Assembly: GCA_013265495.1 (NCBI GenBank)
Contig: MU058687.1
Location: 5,082,093-5,146,092, forward strand
From: Vicugna vicugna
Taxonomy: Eukaryota
Direction: 5' to 3'
Length of the DNA: 64,000 nucleotides
Every line of letters starts with the position of its first letter. Within the stretch, counting starts at the first letter, position 1. The notes under the pieces are model-generated. The model worked only from the letters and a program-made list of their open reading frames with translations. It made no database searches and was not told where the DNA came from. The translations under genes and the position numbers were made by a program. Below are positions 51,590 through 64,000 of this stretch, in pieces.

Positions 51590-51785
51590 AACTGAAGGCT
51601 TTGTCAGGCTCTCTGCCTAACTCTTTGTATGCGTTATCTCGTTCACTCCTGATAATGAGCCTTTGAGATCAGCACTGTTTGCCTTCCCGTGTCACAGCTG
51701 AGAAAATCAGGTTAAGAGAGTTTAAGTGACTTGCCCACGGTCACACTTCTAGAAAGTTGTGGAATCAAAACTTGATCCTTCCCGG
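51590..51785 (-). mobile_element. MIR SINE
   Basis: 'cagctgagaaaatcaggttaagagagtttaagtgacttgcccacggtcacac'. Confidence 0.7.
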
Positions 51786-52348
51786 ATACCCAGGAATTTA
51801 AAACATCTATAAGTCAAGGTCCACACAGGCCATGGCAGAAGAACCAGCATTAACAGCAATATTAACAGGGCCAACTGTTGTTGTAACAATTTGAGCATTA
51901 GTCCTAAAGAGCCCTATGATACAAGTATTAGTATTTTCATTTTACGTTTGAGACAGTAAATTAGCTCGGAATTAAGCAATCTGCCTGAGATTATATAGCT
52001 GGCAAGATATGAACTCAAGATTGGGGATTCTAAAGCCCACATTGTTTACATACCGCCACCAAACCCTGAAGTCAAGCAGCACCCTTCCCACACTCTTTAA
52101 TGGTAATCCACATATTTAATAGGAACTATTACACTAATGTAACTATAAGGTTCCATAAAGTAAAAATTAAGTGATTCCCCACTGATGACAGAAGAATACC
52201 GTGACAAACTACCTTACATGTATTGTCAGATATTTATGTTCATATCCATAGGTCTACTGGGTCAAAGGGTATATTTATTTTTATAAATGGTTTTATTTAT
52301 CTATTTAGTTTTTACTAAAAAAATTTGTGTGTAAGGGTAACTAGGCTC

Positions 52349-52436
52349 ATTTATTTATTAATGGAGGTACTGGGGATTGAACCTAGGACCCCATGCATGC
52401 TAGGCAGGCGCTCTACCACTGAGCTATACCCTCCCC
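52349..52436 (-). mobile_element. tRNA-Ala(AGC)-derived SINE, Vic-1-like (camelid)
   Basis: Minus strand ggggagggtatagctcagtggtagagcgcctgcctagcatgcatggggtcctaggttcaatccccagtacctcca plus ttaataaataaat tail; A box and B box present. Confidence 0.85.
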
Positions 52437-52479
52437 TCAAGCTGACTTTCATTTGTATCAAAGCAGTACATACATGTAG

Positions 52480-53520
52480 CTTAATAGGATGGATAATAGC
52501 TTTATAACACATGAGTCTGCTCCCACTTTCCCTCCCCTCCACCCTCACCCTACTTGCCAAAGCAGCCACTGCCACTCTTAGCTGTCTTGTCTGTCATTTA
52601 CCTCCACATTTCTAGACACAGCCTGCAGCTATCTTTTGACTCACTGATTTAAAACATTATTCACTGACTTCCTAATATGGAACATGAGGATTTTTCTCTC
52701 TCATCTACACCCCTTCACTCTACTTCACTCATCCGGTGTGGCTGTGTTACACATTTTGATGACTATTCGGTGCTTCCTTGATTATGACTACATAAGTACT
52801 GCTCTCTGTTCAGCACAGTAGTGTATTATGATTACTTTTGTTTTTCAATATGAACTTTTTGTACAATGTCTAGCTTTTTCTAGAATTGAAAACCTTTGTT
52901 TTTTTTTTTCGTTTACTTGGATTCATTTGGACTTATGGCTAAATCTTCTTAGTTCCACTAATGGCTTTGAAAAATGATTATCGAGATAAGAGTTTACATC
53001 ACCAAATCTGTCCAATAATCTAGTAGTTTCCTTTTGTAGCTTTTGGAGCTATTCCTCCTGGAGTTCTCTAATTCCCTGCTCCAACCTGAGCTAGTGGCGC
53101 TCTCGGCCACCTTCGCAGTTATCATCCTTTGTCATCAACTTGCTGTTTTCTCACTCTCTCCTGTGGTCGATTTCCTGTTTCCTGGGATCCACATCTTTCT
53201 CCTACTTACTTTATTTGCTGTTAAAGAAAGCACATTCTCTAGAAGCTTCCTGCAAAAAGATGCATGGTATGTAATTTTCAAGATTTTACACAGCTGGAAA
53301 TTTCTTTATTCAAATTATTGGTAGCTTAGTTAGAGTATAGAACTCTAGGGAGGAAACCTGTGTTCCCTAAGAATTTTATTAATTGATGGTCTTCTGGCTT
53401 CCACTGTCGCTACTGAGTAGATCAGCGCCATTTTGGTTCTCTATCTTCTGTGTGTGACTTTGTTTTTCAGAGTCTTCTCTTTCTTTTCGGTATATGAAAT
53501 GCCACGATCACATGCTTTGG
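52480..53520 (-). mobile_element. Very old L1 (L1ME-like) fragment
   Basis: T-rich degenerate L1-like text such as 'gagtatagaactctagggaggaaa...cttctggcttccactgtcgctactgagtagatcagcgccattttg'. Confidence 0.45.
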
Positions 53521-56352
53521 TGGCTCCTGCTGGGTCAGCTACTTTATGAACCTGACAATTTTGTCAGAGAAAAGCATAAAGACTGTATTCTCTGGAATTT
53601 ATCAAAAAATTCCTTTCTCTCTTATTTTTTGACTTGCATTCCTATAATGCACATGCCCATGAGACAGAAGTCCATAGAGCGAGAGAGAAAGAGAAACAGA
53701 GAGTGCAAGATGCTACCTATCTAAAGAGTCTACCTGAATTTAACAAGAAGCTAATGTGTGAAGTCAACTTAAATAAACATGATGTGCTTCCTCTTTGCAA
53801 GGCACAATTCCTCCTTTCAGGAGGGTGCTTGTAATTTACTGTGGCAGCTGTGATGAGAACCTAAACTCTTAGGAAAGAGAGAATTCATGATGACCTTATA
53901 ACAAAAGTAAAACACTATTTCAAGGGAAGATGAAGTAATTTCAGGCAGGAAGATCGGAAATATACCAAGAATGAGGGGGTGTTGGGTGAGTCAGGAATGT
54001 GATGAGTGTGGTAAAAGTAGGGAAGGAAGTTAGCATCTGAGGTGCTTGGAAGTCTAAGTGGTTAGTAGTAACAGAAGAGGCATTCACTTATAGGCGACAA
54101 AATGTGAAAGGCATAAAGATGGGAGAATGAAAGACACATCCAAGAATCATAAGTTGGCTGGATCCCGGTTGACACATGGAGAAATGGGAGCTACCTAAAT
54201 GGAAAATTGGGACAAAGCATGGCAAACCTTAGACACAAAATCATTCATGAATGGGAAGAAATGAATGAAATAAACTACTGTGAGCAGCCCTTGGGCTGAC
54301 TGCTGGGAAGAAGCCTGGAAGAGACACGGTTCCTGCCCTCAAGCAATTAACTATTGTTGTTGTGTCATACTTGTGTTTGTACCTAAGTTCTACAAATCAA
54401 GTGTGAATGAGATTTATTAGGATCATTAGGAACTCAGAGACAGGAGCATCCAGATTGCCTGGGACATTCAGAAAGGACCAAAAAGAAAGGACGGCACCAA
54501 GAAGGCATCAAATGAGATGTCTGGGCAGAGCATCCCAGGCGAAGGAAACTGTACACTCAGAGGCACAGAGATGAGAGCGAACAGGGCATATTTATTTCTT
54601 TATTCACTCATACTACAATTTTTTATTGAGTGCTTTCTACGTACTAGCCAAATATTAGCCATGCCACGGGAACTACTGATCTTTTAATACAGAGCATGTG
54701 TCCCTTTTACACTGTTCGCTTCATGAGAGCAAGAAGTATGTCTGCCTTATTCATTGTGGTGTCTGCTACTTAATACTTGTTAAATAAATACACATGGAAG
54801 CATAGTAATGGATGTCCATAGAAAAGCAGGTAACTACAAAATGATAAAGAAGTTCATGAGAGAGATGTACGAGAATTATTAATATATTAAGTTAATTAAA
54901 ACTAGAAGTATGGACAAAATCATTCAAAATTCTCTGGAGATATCTGTCTATCTATCTATCTATTTATAAGAGTAGAAGGTAAAGAATGGAATACATGGGA
55001 ATTGAAACTTTCTGCACAAAAGTAGAAAGCATTCATTAAAAAAAGTGTGTGTCTACCATGCCAGAGGCAAGTTTTATTGATTTGTACCCCATCTATGCTC
55101 TGACTGATAACACTGAACCACTTGTGTTTGGAGAATTTTTAAGTTTCTCCTTCTATAAACCACAGGGCTCCCACCGCCCTCACACGTTTGGTTCTACAAG
55201 TCAACATCCACACTGTCTCTGGCATTGGTATTTCTAATTTACCTTTCTTTAGTCACTGAGTCTTAGCTTTATCTAGGTTTGAATTCAATTCATTCCTTGG
55301 GACTCCTAGAAACCAATCTTAATGCTCCTTCCTCATGGAAAATAATCATAGTCTCAAACACCAGCACCACAAACAAGACAGCCTTATTATTCCCTTTCAT
55401 GGGCGCATCATGACACTGGGAAGGAGCAGCCACATAGGTAGCAAGTCAATCACATCAGAACATTATCACCAAAGCTTTAGGGAGGAGAGAAGCTTCAAGG
55501 AGGGAGAAATTTCTTCTACCAAATGCAGCACAGCAGTTCAGATAAGACCTGAAAAGTGCTGCAAAATTCTAGGGATAAAACCAAGTTCGTACCCTCTAGA
55601 CTTGCAGCCTTGTAAGGGACACCACTCTCCACAGAGAAATACATAGAGTTCCCCTCACATGCCTACCTAGTGGTGCGTGGTGGGTCCCCAGCACATATTT
55701 GTAAAATAAATAAATGTAAATGCACGTCCCATGCATTCTCTCACTTCTGGTTTTTGACTTGAATTTGACAGCTAGAAGGTCACTGATGGCCTAAATCAGA
55801 AAAGTTCCCTGTAGTAATAGAGGCAGAAGTCTAAGAACAGGAACCAAGGCCTGAATGAGAGGTGAGGAAGTAAAGTAAATGAGCAAAGACAACTGACACT
55901 ATTGTGGAAAGATCATGTTTTTAAGAGAGACCAAATTGACTTTCCTGGTGGCACTTACTCGACAATTAAAATTAGAATGCCATATGATTATACAGTGAGG
56001 GAAGATACTCCACATTCTTTACTCCCCAAAAGGACATAAAAGATAAGTAGTCAGTTTGCTAGCACTCAGTAGTCTGGAAATTCTCAAGGACAAGGACCAG
56101 ATTCCATTTATTATTGCATTTCCTGCAGTTCTTAGCTTAAAGCTCGGTAAGTAATAACTGTTGAATTAATTGATGCATAAAGAAACACATAAAGAATGTT
56201 TTGGCTAATTCTGCGTACACAGAGGGTAGCCAATGGGAGAGGAGTACGTAATAGTACAATAACAGTAAAAGATGAAAATTGGAGAAAATGTATCACTTGG
56301 CCACATGTCATACTTGACAGCCCCTGTGAAGATATATAAATTGTTGGTGCTA

Positions 56353-57208
56353 CATGAAAAAATGCTCAATATCACTAATTATCAGGAAATGCAAATCAAA
56401 ACTACAATGAGGTATCACCTCACACCAGTCAGAATGGCCATCATTCAAATGCCCACAAATGACAAATGCTGGAGAGGCTGTGGAGAGAAGGGAACCCTCC
56501 TACACTGCTGGTGGGAATGCAATTTGGTGCAGCCACTGTGGAAAACAGTATGGAGATTCCTCAAAAGACTAGGAATAGACTTATCGTATGACCCAGGAAT
56601 CCCACTCTTAGGCATACATCCAGAAGGAACCCTACTTCAAAATGACACCTGCACCCCAATGTTCATAGCAGCACTATTTACAATAGCGAAGACATGGAAA
56701 CAGCCTAAATGTCCATCGACAGATGACTGGAGAAAGAAGAGGTGGTGTATTTACACGATGGAATACTATTCAGCCATAATAAATAACAACATAATGCCAT
56801 TTGCAGCAACATGGATGTCCCTGGAGAATGTCATTCTAAGTGAAGTAAACCAGAAAGAGAAAGAAAAATACCATATGAGATCACTCATATGTGGAAAAAA
56901 AAAAGAACATAAATGCAAAACAAAAACAGACTCATAGACATAGAATACAAACTTGTGGTTGCCAAGGGGGAGGGGAGCGGGAAGGGACAGACAGATTTCA
57001 AAATTTGTAGATACTGACAGGCATATGCAGAACAGATAAACAAGATTATACTGTAAAGCACAGGGAAATATATACAAGATCTTGTGGTAGCTCACAGCAA
57101 AAAAAAAATGCGACAATGAATATATGTATGTTCATGTATAACTGAAAAATTGTGCTCTACACTGGAAATTGACACAACATTGTAAACTGACTATAACTCA
57201 ATAAAAAA
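56353..57208 (+). mobile_element. Young 5'-truncated L1: ORF2 C-terminus (CCHC knuckle), 3'UTR, poly(A), perfect 15-bp TSD
   Basis: Open frame [17 protein letters not shown]...[19 protein letters not shown]...QPKCPS...FAATWM; TSD aaattgttggtgcta at 56338-56352 and 57209-57223. Confidence 0.95.
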
Positions 57209-60200
57209 AAATTGTTGGTGCTAAATGACTGACTATATGAGCAAATAAAGGAATTAAGCCTTAGACAGGAACATGTGCAGCATATGTACAATCTTCTGAA
57301 TTATTGGGCTGTTTTAATGGTCAAAGAATCTCACTAGTTGTTGGTATGTTTGTTTAGTCTACATGTGTTTATCAGCATGTGGCTTACAACCATTTGCCCT
57401 GCATTTTGGGGTAAATTTAGCAGAACTGACTCTAAGCCATCCTTGAAGATAAGACACAAAAACTCACCCAAAAGGAGAGGAAGCAGGTCACTTTTCCTAC
57501 CTTACAGTCCCTCACCAGAAGGAAACTGATTGCCCAAAAGCACCATCTCTCTACTTCTTATTTTCATTATTCAAAAGAGAGTGGGGAACATGGTGCCATC
57601 CCCTTGTCACCATTCAGCAGACATGATCAATAACCACAGTAATTATGCTGTGGTGGCGGAATGGATTCCCATGATTCCTTAACTTGGGTGGAGAGCAGTG
57701 CATGCATCGTGTAATTTGCTTTGTAGGTTGTGAAAGTGATTGACACTGTGGGTTACATCATGTCATTTTCCCTTTTTTGTGTGTAAACATGCATAATTCT
57801 CCACCTTTTTGTTTGCTAGCTTATGGTGTGGGGCATTTTCACTCACTTGGAATTCTCTTTTCTAAGCTCCTCCCTCCTCCCCAAAAAATGGCAGCTCATG
57901 TCTCCCCACAGCTACATCACCATTTTTTGCCTTTCAGAAGAGAATGCACTGAAATCAATATCAAGAGAAAGGGATTCACCTTACTTTTTTTTTTTTGAAG
58001 ATGGCAAAATCTGTCATATGGACTATGTAGCCTAATATATACATACTTCTTCTACACTGTCCTTTATGGTCACCATAGCAGCCAAAGCTCTACCCTGGGA
58101 CCAGACACATGCAACAGTAACCCTGTAGAGCATCAAAATCATTTGTGGAGTAGAAAAGCATTTTTTTGCCATGCAAATACCCATTTTATGTTCTAAAGTA
58201 TCATTAAAGTTTTAGGTTGATGTAGCAGAAGGTCAGGAAATACATTCTCAGATGAAGTGAATTATGATTATTTGGTAACTGGCCCAGCTTGGCTTAGCTG
58301 GAGCAGGGCTCACGGTCGATGCTAATACACATCAGAGCTGTGGGACCCCTCTTACCGATGGGCCCTCTGCCTCTTGTTCCAACCGTGGTGCAAAATACAC
58401 ACATTTAGGCATTTGTACCTACCATGGGCTACTTTCTCAGAAGAGTCAGGGTGACTTTTACTGTTCCCTGAAATGCCTGACGGAACTACCCAGTTACGGC
58501 TGTCCCCAGAGATACAGAAATTCTAGGAAATAACTATTTTCAGAACAGGGTTAGTTATTCCATCAGTAGCCTGAGAAGGGCAGGCTAACTGATTATTAAA
58601 GGAGAGTCTTCCAGAGGAATAAGCACAGAATTCCAAGCTGGGACACTGAGCCACTTTTTAAATTTTAGAGTGCTAGGAAAAAAGAAAAAATTTAACAGAA
58701 ATGAACGTATGTAGGGATAATTTTGTAAGTATAAAACAGAAAGAACACCTGTTTGTATCCAAAGTAATTTCCTTTGAACTCTTGGGGATTTTAAAAACAA
58801 AGCTTACTTGAAGGAAATTATAGCACATAATTTTATTTTCCTTTTATTATACATAATATATATTTATATTATATATGCTTACATTTATGTTATATATATT
58901 AATTTAAAAATCTATTTTGTGTTTCCTTTTTTATGACTCAGTATATAGTTTCAGGAAAATGAGGTATTATTTTCCCACAAATTTGTACCTGTTCCCATTT
59001 TTACACAAAATTTAAATTCTTGCTTCCAGTAGTTAGAGCTGGTCACCAGGCAAACGATGGCAAAGGGGGAGAAAACAAGACAGAAGTATTAAGAGGGAAC
59101 TTTGGTTTTCTGAGCGTGGGTAGTCATGAGCTCTGCTTGTCATTCAAGGTGAGCAAAAGTTGTCCTACCTTAGATGAAGCAGGGTGCCAAGCACAGGATT
59201 GCATTCTTTGTCCCATATTACGGGACCATTGCTTATTTTTATGATAACGTATGTAGAATGCTCCATTACCAATTCCAGGGCTTTTCATTATTTTAGTTCA
59301 ACCCACTTTCTGGTTTGAAAGTCGATGGTTCCAGACCCTTCCATGTTTCTGAGGGTCAAGGATCCCTTTGTGTTTCTTTGATTTTTACTGTTTTCAGTAA
59401 GAAAGAGCCTTAGTGAGTTTCCATGTTTTGCCTTGGTGAACTTTTCCTCTTACCTCCCATTTGCCCTCTCCAATCCAACTTCTTTTAAAAATAAATGTGC
59501 TGTCAGAAACTATAGCTTTGCACCACCAGGGCCTCACTGCATTCAAGAGGCAGTGACTGATTGCTACACTCTAATCCCAATTTAGGGCAACTCATTTCAC
59601 AATTTTATGATTTGGTGATAGTATCTCATGAATAACAATGAAAGAATAACCTATCACTGCAGACTCCCTTCCAAAGTGGTGATATGTAAATGCGAAGATA
59701 ATTGCCATTTGAATATAAGGCTTTTTTTTTTTTTAACACAATCAGTTGAAAATAAAAACTAGTCAAAACATATGCATTCTACTGCTGGCATTTTAAAAAG
59801 TTTGCTTCAGTTTTGTGGATGCAAATAGGATTTGACCCAAGCATACTATACTTAGAGAGTTTCATTGATGTAGAGAGGAAAGTGAAAGTAACGGGATTCC
59901 TACTTAAACACTGACAATATGTATTAGATGTAAGAAGATATCTAATAAAGGGCATCGGTACATATGCAGTTAGAGATTCAAGGATCAATTGTGCTTTTAA
60001 TTACTCAGCACATCAGCAACCTGATCTCAATTATCCAAACCATGTAGGCGAGTCTTAATGCTTATGGCAAAAACGATCTGGGTAGTTGGGATAATTACAA
60101 ATCACAAATAATCCCAAGCCCTTATGGCAACAATTCATTAACGTCTTCTCCTTTAGAGAAATGGTTTTGTAAGTGCTACAAATCATGACTAAACTGTCTG

Positions 60201-60516
60201 GCTTATGTCTCCTCTCCTTTGATTATCCCACTGCAATCTCTGGGGAAGGCCAGGCAAAGCAGTGAGCAAGCCCAGCATCAGGAAAGAAGAAAGGGACAGA
60301 GCCTCAAGGAGAAGCCACAGCTCTGCCAGCAGACTCAGTCTATAGCACAAGGCTACCGGTGATGAACCTGTGCTGGAGAAGAGCTGGATGTGGGATTTGC
60401 ATCATTCTGTTTCAAACAGCAGTGAGCAGTTAACTTACGTGAGAGGGTGTGTGCTGAGCCCCAAATGTGGCTATGCCCCAAACTGTGACTATGAATAATT
60501 TCCAGTTTGGTAACCA

Positions 60517-61220
60517 TGTTGAGGGACCATGTTTTAGACATTCTGTGAGGGACCATGTTTTAGACATTCTGTTTTCCTTATTTTCTGTCCTCTGTCCAGG
60601 GCTGGGCAGAGTAGCTTCAGTAATACTGAGGTGGGAAGCCCCATAAAAAAGACCGGCTGGACCCCCACGTAGGGCCACTACTCTTCTGCCAACACCATCA
60701 GGTTTCCTGGCCCAGAGGCTCTATCTCACTTTTTGCCTCTCAGACAGCTTACTTCTAGGAAAGGGGAACTTATCCCTAAAATTCTATTGGTTCCCTGAGC
60801 TCACTCCTGATTGGTTATTTCCTTCACTCCTGATTGGTCCATTTCCCTAACTTCTGATTGGTCCATTTGTAGTACTTCATTTGCATGTAGCTCACTCCTG
60901 ATTGGTTATTTCTCTCAGTCCTGATTGGTTATTTCTCTCCCTCCTGATTGGTCCATTTCTACAAAGCTTTTTCCTAATTAGTCAACTTTTGTTACATCTT
61001 ATTTGCATATGATGTTGCAAAGTGTAAACTGGCAGCCTATAAAAGCCTGTGTAAACCTACAGGCAGGGTCCAGAGCATGGAACACTAACTCCTCTGGGCC
61101 CGCTGGTGTAATAAGCCTGAGTTCTCCAACCCTCCAAGTGCTGCTTGATCTCTCGCCTGGATCCAGGTTGCTGTCACAACTGTGCTGTAACACTGAGCTT
61201 CAACAGATTTTTCTGCAACA
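60517..61220 (+). mobile_element. Solo ERV LTR (class I-like) with CCAAT-box array
   Basis: TGTTG...CAACA termini, U3-like ~23-bp repeats containing ctgattgg, TATAAAA at 61038-61044, degenerate poly(A) signal AATAAG at 61110-61115; no TSD identified, so ends are uncertain. Confidence 0.75.
60520..60571 (+). repeat. Perfect 26-bp tandem duplication (tgagggaccatgttttagacattctg x2)
   Basis: Direct inspection: 60520-60545 and 60546-60571. Confidence 0.95.
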
Positions 61221-62149
61221 ATATGAATCTTTGTTATGCTTAAACAAGGGAAAACTGCAATGTTCTTTTACTTTACCTTTCTCCTCATTGCTGTTTGTCA
61301 CCAGTATACCTAATGCCCTGCCAGTCACAACCTGGGCTGAGCTATAATCCATTACAGGCCAGTTTTCTAACTTCAGAGTCACTTACAAACTTTAGATTCA
61401 CTGCATTTCTTGATTACTCACCCCTTTTATGTTCAAAATTTCATTTTACAAAATCCAGATAAAATATCTTGCTGGTCCTGTCTTCATGCTCTCCATTCAA
61501 TAAGTCTTCTAGATTCAAAGCAGGCTTCATTATCATCTCCCTCTCCTCTCTTTCTCTCGCTCAACAGTCTGTCAAAGTCTATGTTGTTTATGCACTTGGC
61601 AGTAATTTTCATCAGAATGTTACAAATACATTTCCCATAGTGGAGAAATGAAATCATGCTTAGGGATGCCAAAGGAGCACACTGACTCATAGACAATGGA
61701 CCAGGAGGGGCTTTCCTCTCTGAGAGTCAGTCTCTACGTCCAAGCATGAAGCTGGTAGGAGAGGCCAGGGTAGAGAGCACACAGGGAATAGCGAGAGAGG
61801 AAGCGGTATAGACCCAACTACTGAGATAACCAGCTGAGTCAATCTGGGCCATCAATATGTAACAAATACAGCGACTCATTGTTGATTCATTGTGAAATCT
61901 TACCAAAAAAAAAACTTACCTTCCTTCCCTTCTTCCTTCTCTCCTTCTTCCTTTTATTCCTTCCTTCCCTCCTTTCTTTTACAAGTACTTCTTAAACACT
62001 ATTCCAATAAAATAGTAGGTAAGAGAGGCTCAGACCCTGACCTGAAGCTTTCAGTCCAATTGGAAAGTCACACAATTACAAAAGTCAAAACAAGGAAAAC
62101 AAAGTAAAATTGGTACATCCAGAAATCAGCTGTAACTAATTTAGTCTAG

Positions 62150-62490
62150 GGTCTGGGTGGTCCAAAGTCTTCCTTAGTGACTAGACAATGTTTTCCAATC
62201 TCCCTTGCAATTAGCTGTGACCATGTGTTTGAGTTCTCGCCAATAGAATGAGAGAATGTTTTTTCAGTCCTGGCCAATAAAAACCTCCCACGTCGTCCTC
62301 TACCCACTCCTCCACTGCCAGACAGCTACATATTAGTGCCCAAGGTGACCTTGGAAGTCACATAGAAAGAGCATCACTCCCCCAACACACGTACATGTAT
62401 ACTCTCACATTGAGTGGATGTTATAAAGAATATGTTTCTATTGTACTAAACCTTTGAGATTTTGATGTTTACCAATTACACCAGTGAATC
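62150..62490 (+). mobile_element. Old ERVL-type LTR (LTR16-like)
   Basis: 'tcccttgcaattagctgtgaccatgtg...gagttctcgccaatagaatg...cctggccaataaaaacctccc...gaccttggaagtcaca...ttctattgtactaaacctttgagatttt'. Confidence 0.55.
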
Positions 62491-62497
62491 TTAAAAT

Positions 62498-62657
62498 GTG
62501 GTTATGAGAACAGCAGCAGTAGTACCACCTCAGAACTTGTAAGAAATGCAAATTATTGGGCCCCATCCTGGGTCTACTTAAATATGGAATTAGACACTCT
62601 GGAAGTGGGGCCAGCAATCTGTGGTTTATAATAAGCCCACCAGGTGATTCTGATATG
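62498..62657. mobile_element. MER5A/B-like hAT DNA transposon
   Basis: 'cagcagcag...cacctcagaacttgtaagaaatgcaaattattgggccccatcc...actctggaagtggggccagcaatctgtg...caggtgattctgatatg'. Confidence 0.75.
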
Positions 62658-63297
62658 AACGAATCTTCCTTTACACCCAAGAAGAACGTCATGCTGCCTT
62701 CAGGGAAACCCTAACTCCCATGTAGCTGTCTCTGCTCTACATTTCCCATACTAAGCCAAGTATGGGAGAACTCTTGGATGTTTTCAACCTCCTCAGGCAC
62801 TGCCTGGGATGTTAGGTACAGGCGAAGATAAATCTCCAGCCAGATTTACCTAGTGGAGTGGCGGTGGAAGGACCCTGTCTTATGTGCAAATAACATAATC
62901 TAATTATATGGCTTCCATTTTAACCATCTCAGCCAAGTTTTCCTTCTCTGGGGCTAGGAAAACTAGCTCTTAAACATGGCAGTGGTTTCATGCATTTTGC
63001 TAAATCTGTTCTTTATGGTATAAAATTTGTATCTTAGGGTTTTTTGTTGTTGTCTTTCAAGCTTTGTATATTTGTTCTTGTTTTTGTCTGATATACTCAT
63101 GCTTCAGCTTTCTCCTATGAAAGTAATTCTCATAAATTTCAATCAGATTTCATAGCTCAAAAAGCTTAGATACACTTCTGAATGTGTCTATTTCAATCAT
63201 CTTTTTAATTTGTGCATGATTTCTACTGAGTTTTCCATAAGGAAAATATTTTTCCTGCATATATATGTATGAATGGACACTTATATTGGGACTTTCC

Positions 63298-63992
63298 TAT
63301 TTTTTTGTTTCTTATGTGGTAAGGGTGCTTAACATGAGATCTGCACTTTTACCAAATTTGTAAGGGTACAATACACTTGGTGACAGTAGGTACAACACTG
63401 TACAGCAGATCATCCAGAACTTACTCATCCTCCTTCACTGAAATTTTATGCCTGTTAATCTGTAACTTCTATGTTCCCCTTAGCCCTGACTCATTAATCC
63501 TATGAACTTGACTACTCTTGAGACCTCTTATAAATGGAATCATATAGGATTTGTCAGACATGAGGTGATAACTCGCTGTGGTTTTGATTTGCATTTCCCT
63601 GATGACTAGGGATATTGAACACTTTTTCATATACCTGTTGGCTATTTGTATGCCTTTTTCTGAGAAATGGCTCCTCCCATGTCCCTTGGCAGGTGCGGGT
63701 GGTTGTGGGAGTATGGCCACGTTGGGTTGGAGCTGAGTCCATAGAGAAATGGGGATGCTTTCCGTCCGTAGTTGGGACCGTGTTCAGTAAACCTGCCACC
63801 AGGATGTGGACCTGACCTCCCAAAGCAGCTCTTCTCAATCTTGAACTTAAATGAGATTTCACAACCTCCCATTTGTATCCCAGGGCTCCCACAAAGGCAC
63901 AGTTGCTCACGGATGGCTGCTAGGTCATTGATTAAGGGGAGTATGTAAACTGGGGTCTTCTTATTTCACCATCTTGGCTGACATCACCCTCC
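63298..63992 (-). mobile_element. Old L1 (L1MB/L1MA-like) mosaic: 3'UTR, short ORF2 piece and probable 5'UTR end
   Basis: 3'UTR 'gtggtaagggtgcttaacatgagatct...'; ORF2 [31 protein letters not shown]; 5'-end-like 'caccatcttggctgacatcac' similar to 49231-49254. Confidence 0.7.
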
Positions 63993-64000
63993 CTCAGTGG

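Noticed and set aside
52362..52436. Possible tRNA-Ala gene
   Set aside because: Extra 5' bases, mismatched anticodon stem and an A-rich tail fit a SINE better
56272..56937. 221-aa ORF starting in flanking DNA and running into L1 ORF2
   Set aside because: Chance in-frame ATG upstream of a truncated L1; no promoter or splice evidence
58270..58430. Weak similarity to an ancient tRNA-derived SINE head
   Set aside because: Too degenerate to support without a profile search
60780..60960. Regularly spaced repeats resembling a CRISPR array
   Set aside because: Eukaryotic context, no unique spacers, no cas genes; these are LTR U3 CCAAT repeats

Overview
Mammalian (eutherian) genomic DNA, most likely camelid, judged from a tRNA-Ala-derived Vic-1-like SINE. 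It carries the 3' end of neurexin-3 (NRXN3) on the + strand. Bases 1 to ~26.9 kb are intronic; the upstream Cys-loop exon lies outside the window. The alternatively spliced splice-site-5 (SS5/AS5) stop exon starts at 26937 and encodes ARSSNAARSLRAALTWTWRLTYTFTPIIFISCVVHS*, the secreted/GPI-type C-terminus. The terminal exon has three in-frame phase-1 acceptors (exon starts 33987, 34290, 34611) and encodes the stalk, the transmembrane helix and the EYYV PDZ-binding tail (stop at 34912). The 3'UTR runs to a probable poly(A) signal at 37381. The remainder is repeat-rich intergenic DNA: L1 copies (several with TSDs), L2, MIR, MER20/MER5, a MaLR LTR and a solo ERV LTR. No prokaryotic-type system is present. 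The most interesting unexplained structures are a CRE/E-box promoter-like island with a 45-codon ORF just upstream of the SS5 exon, multi-frame coding potential within the SS5 exon, a 278-bp 97%-identical dispersed duplication, a 3'UTR G-quadruplex, a miR-137 site overlapping the poly(A) signal, and an LTR with a 7x CCAAT array. Repeat family names and orthologue comparisons come from recognition and memory, not database searches, and boundaries of old repeats are approximate.
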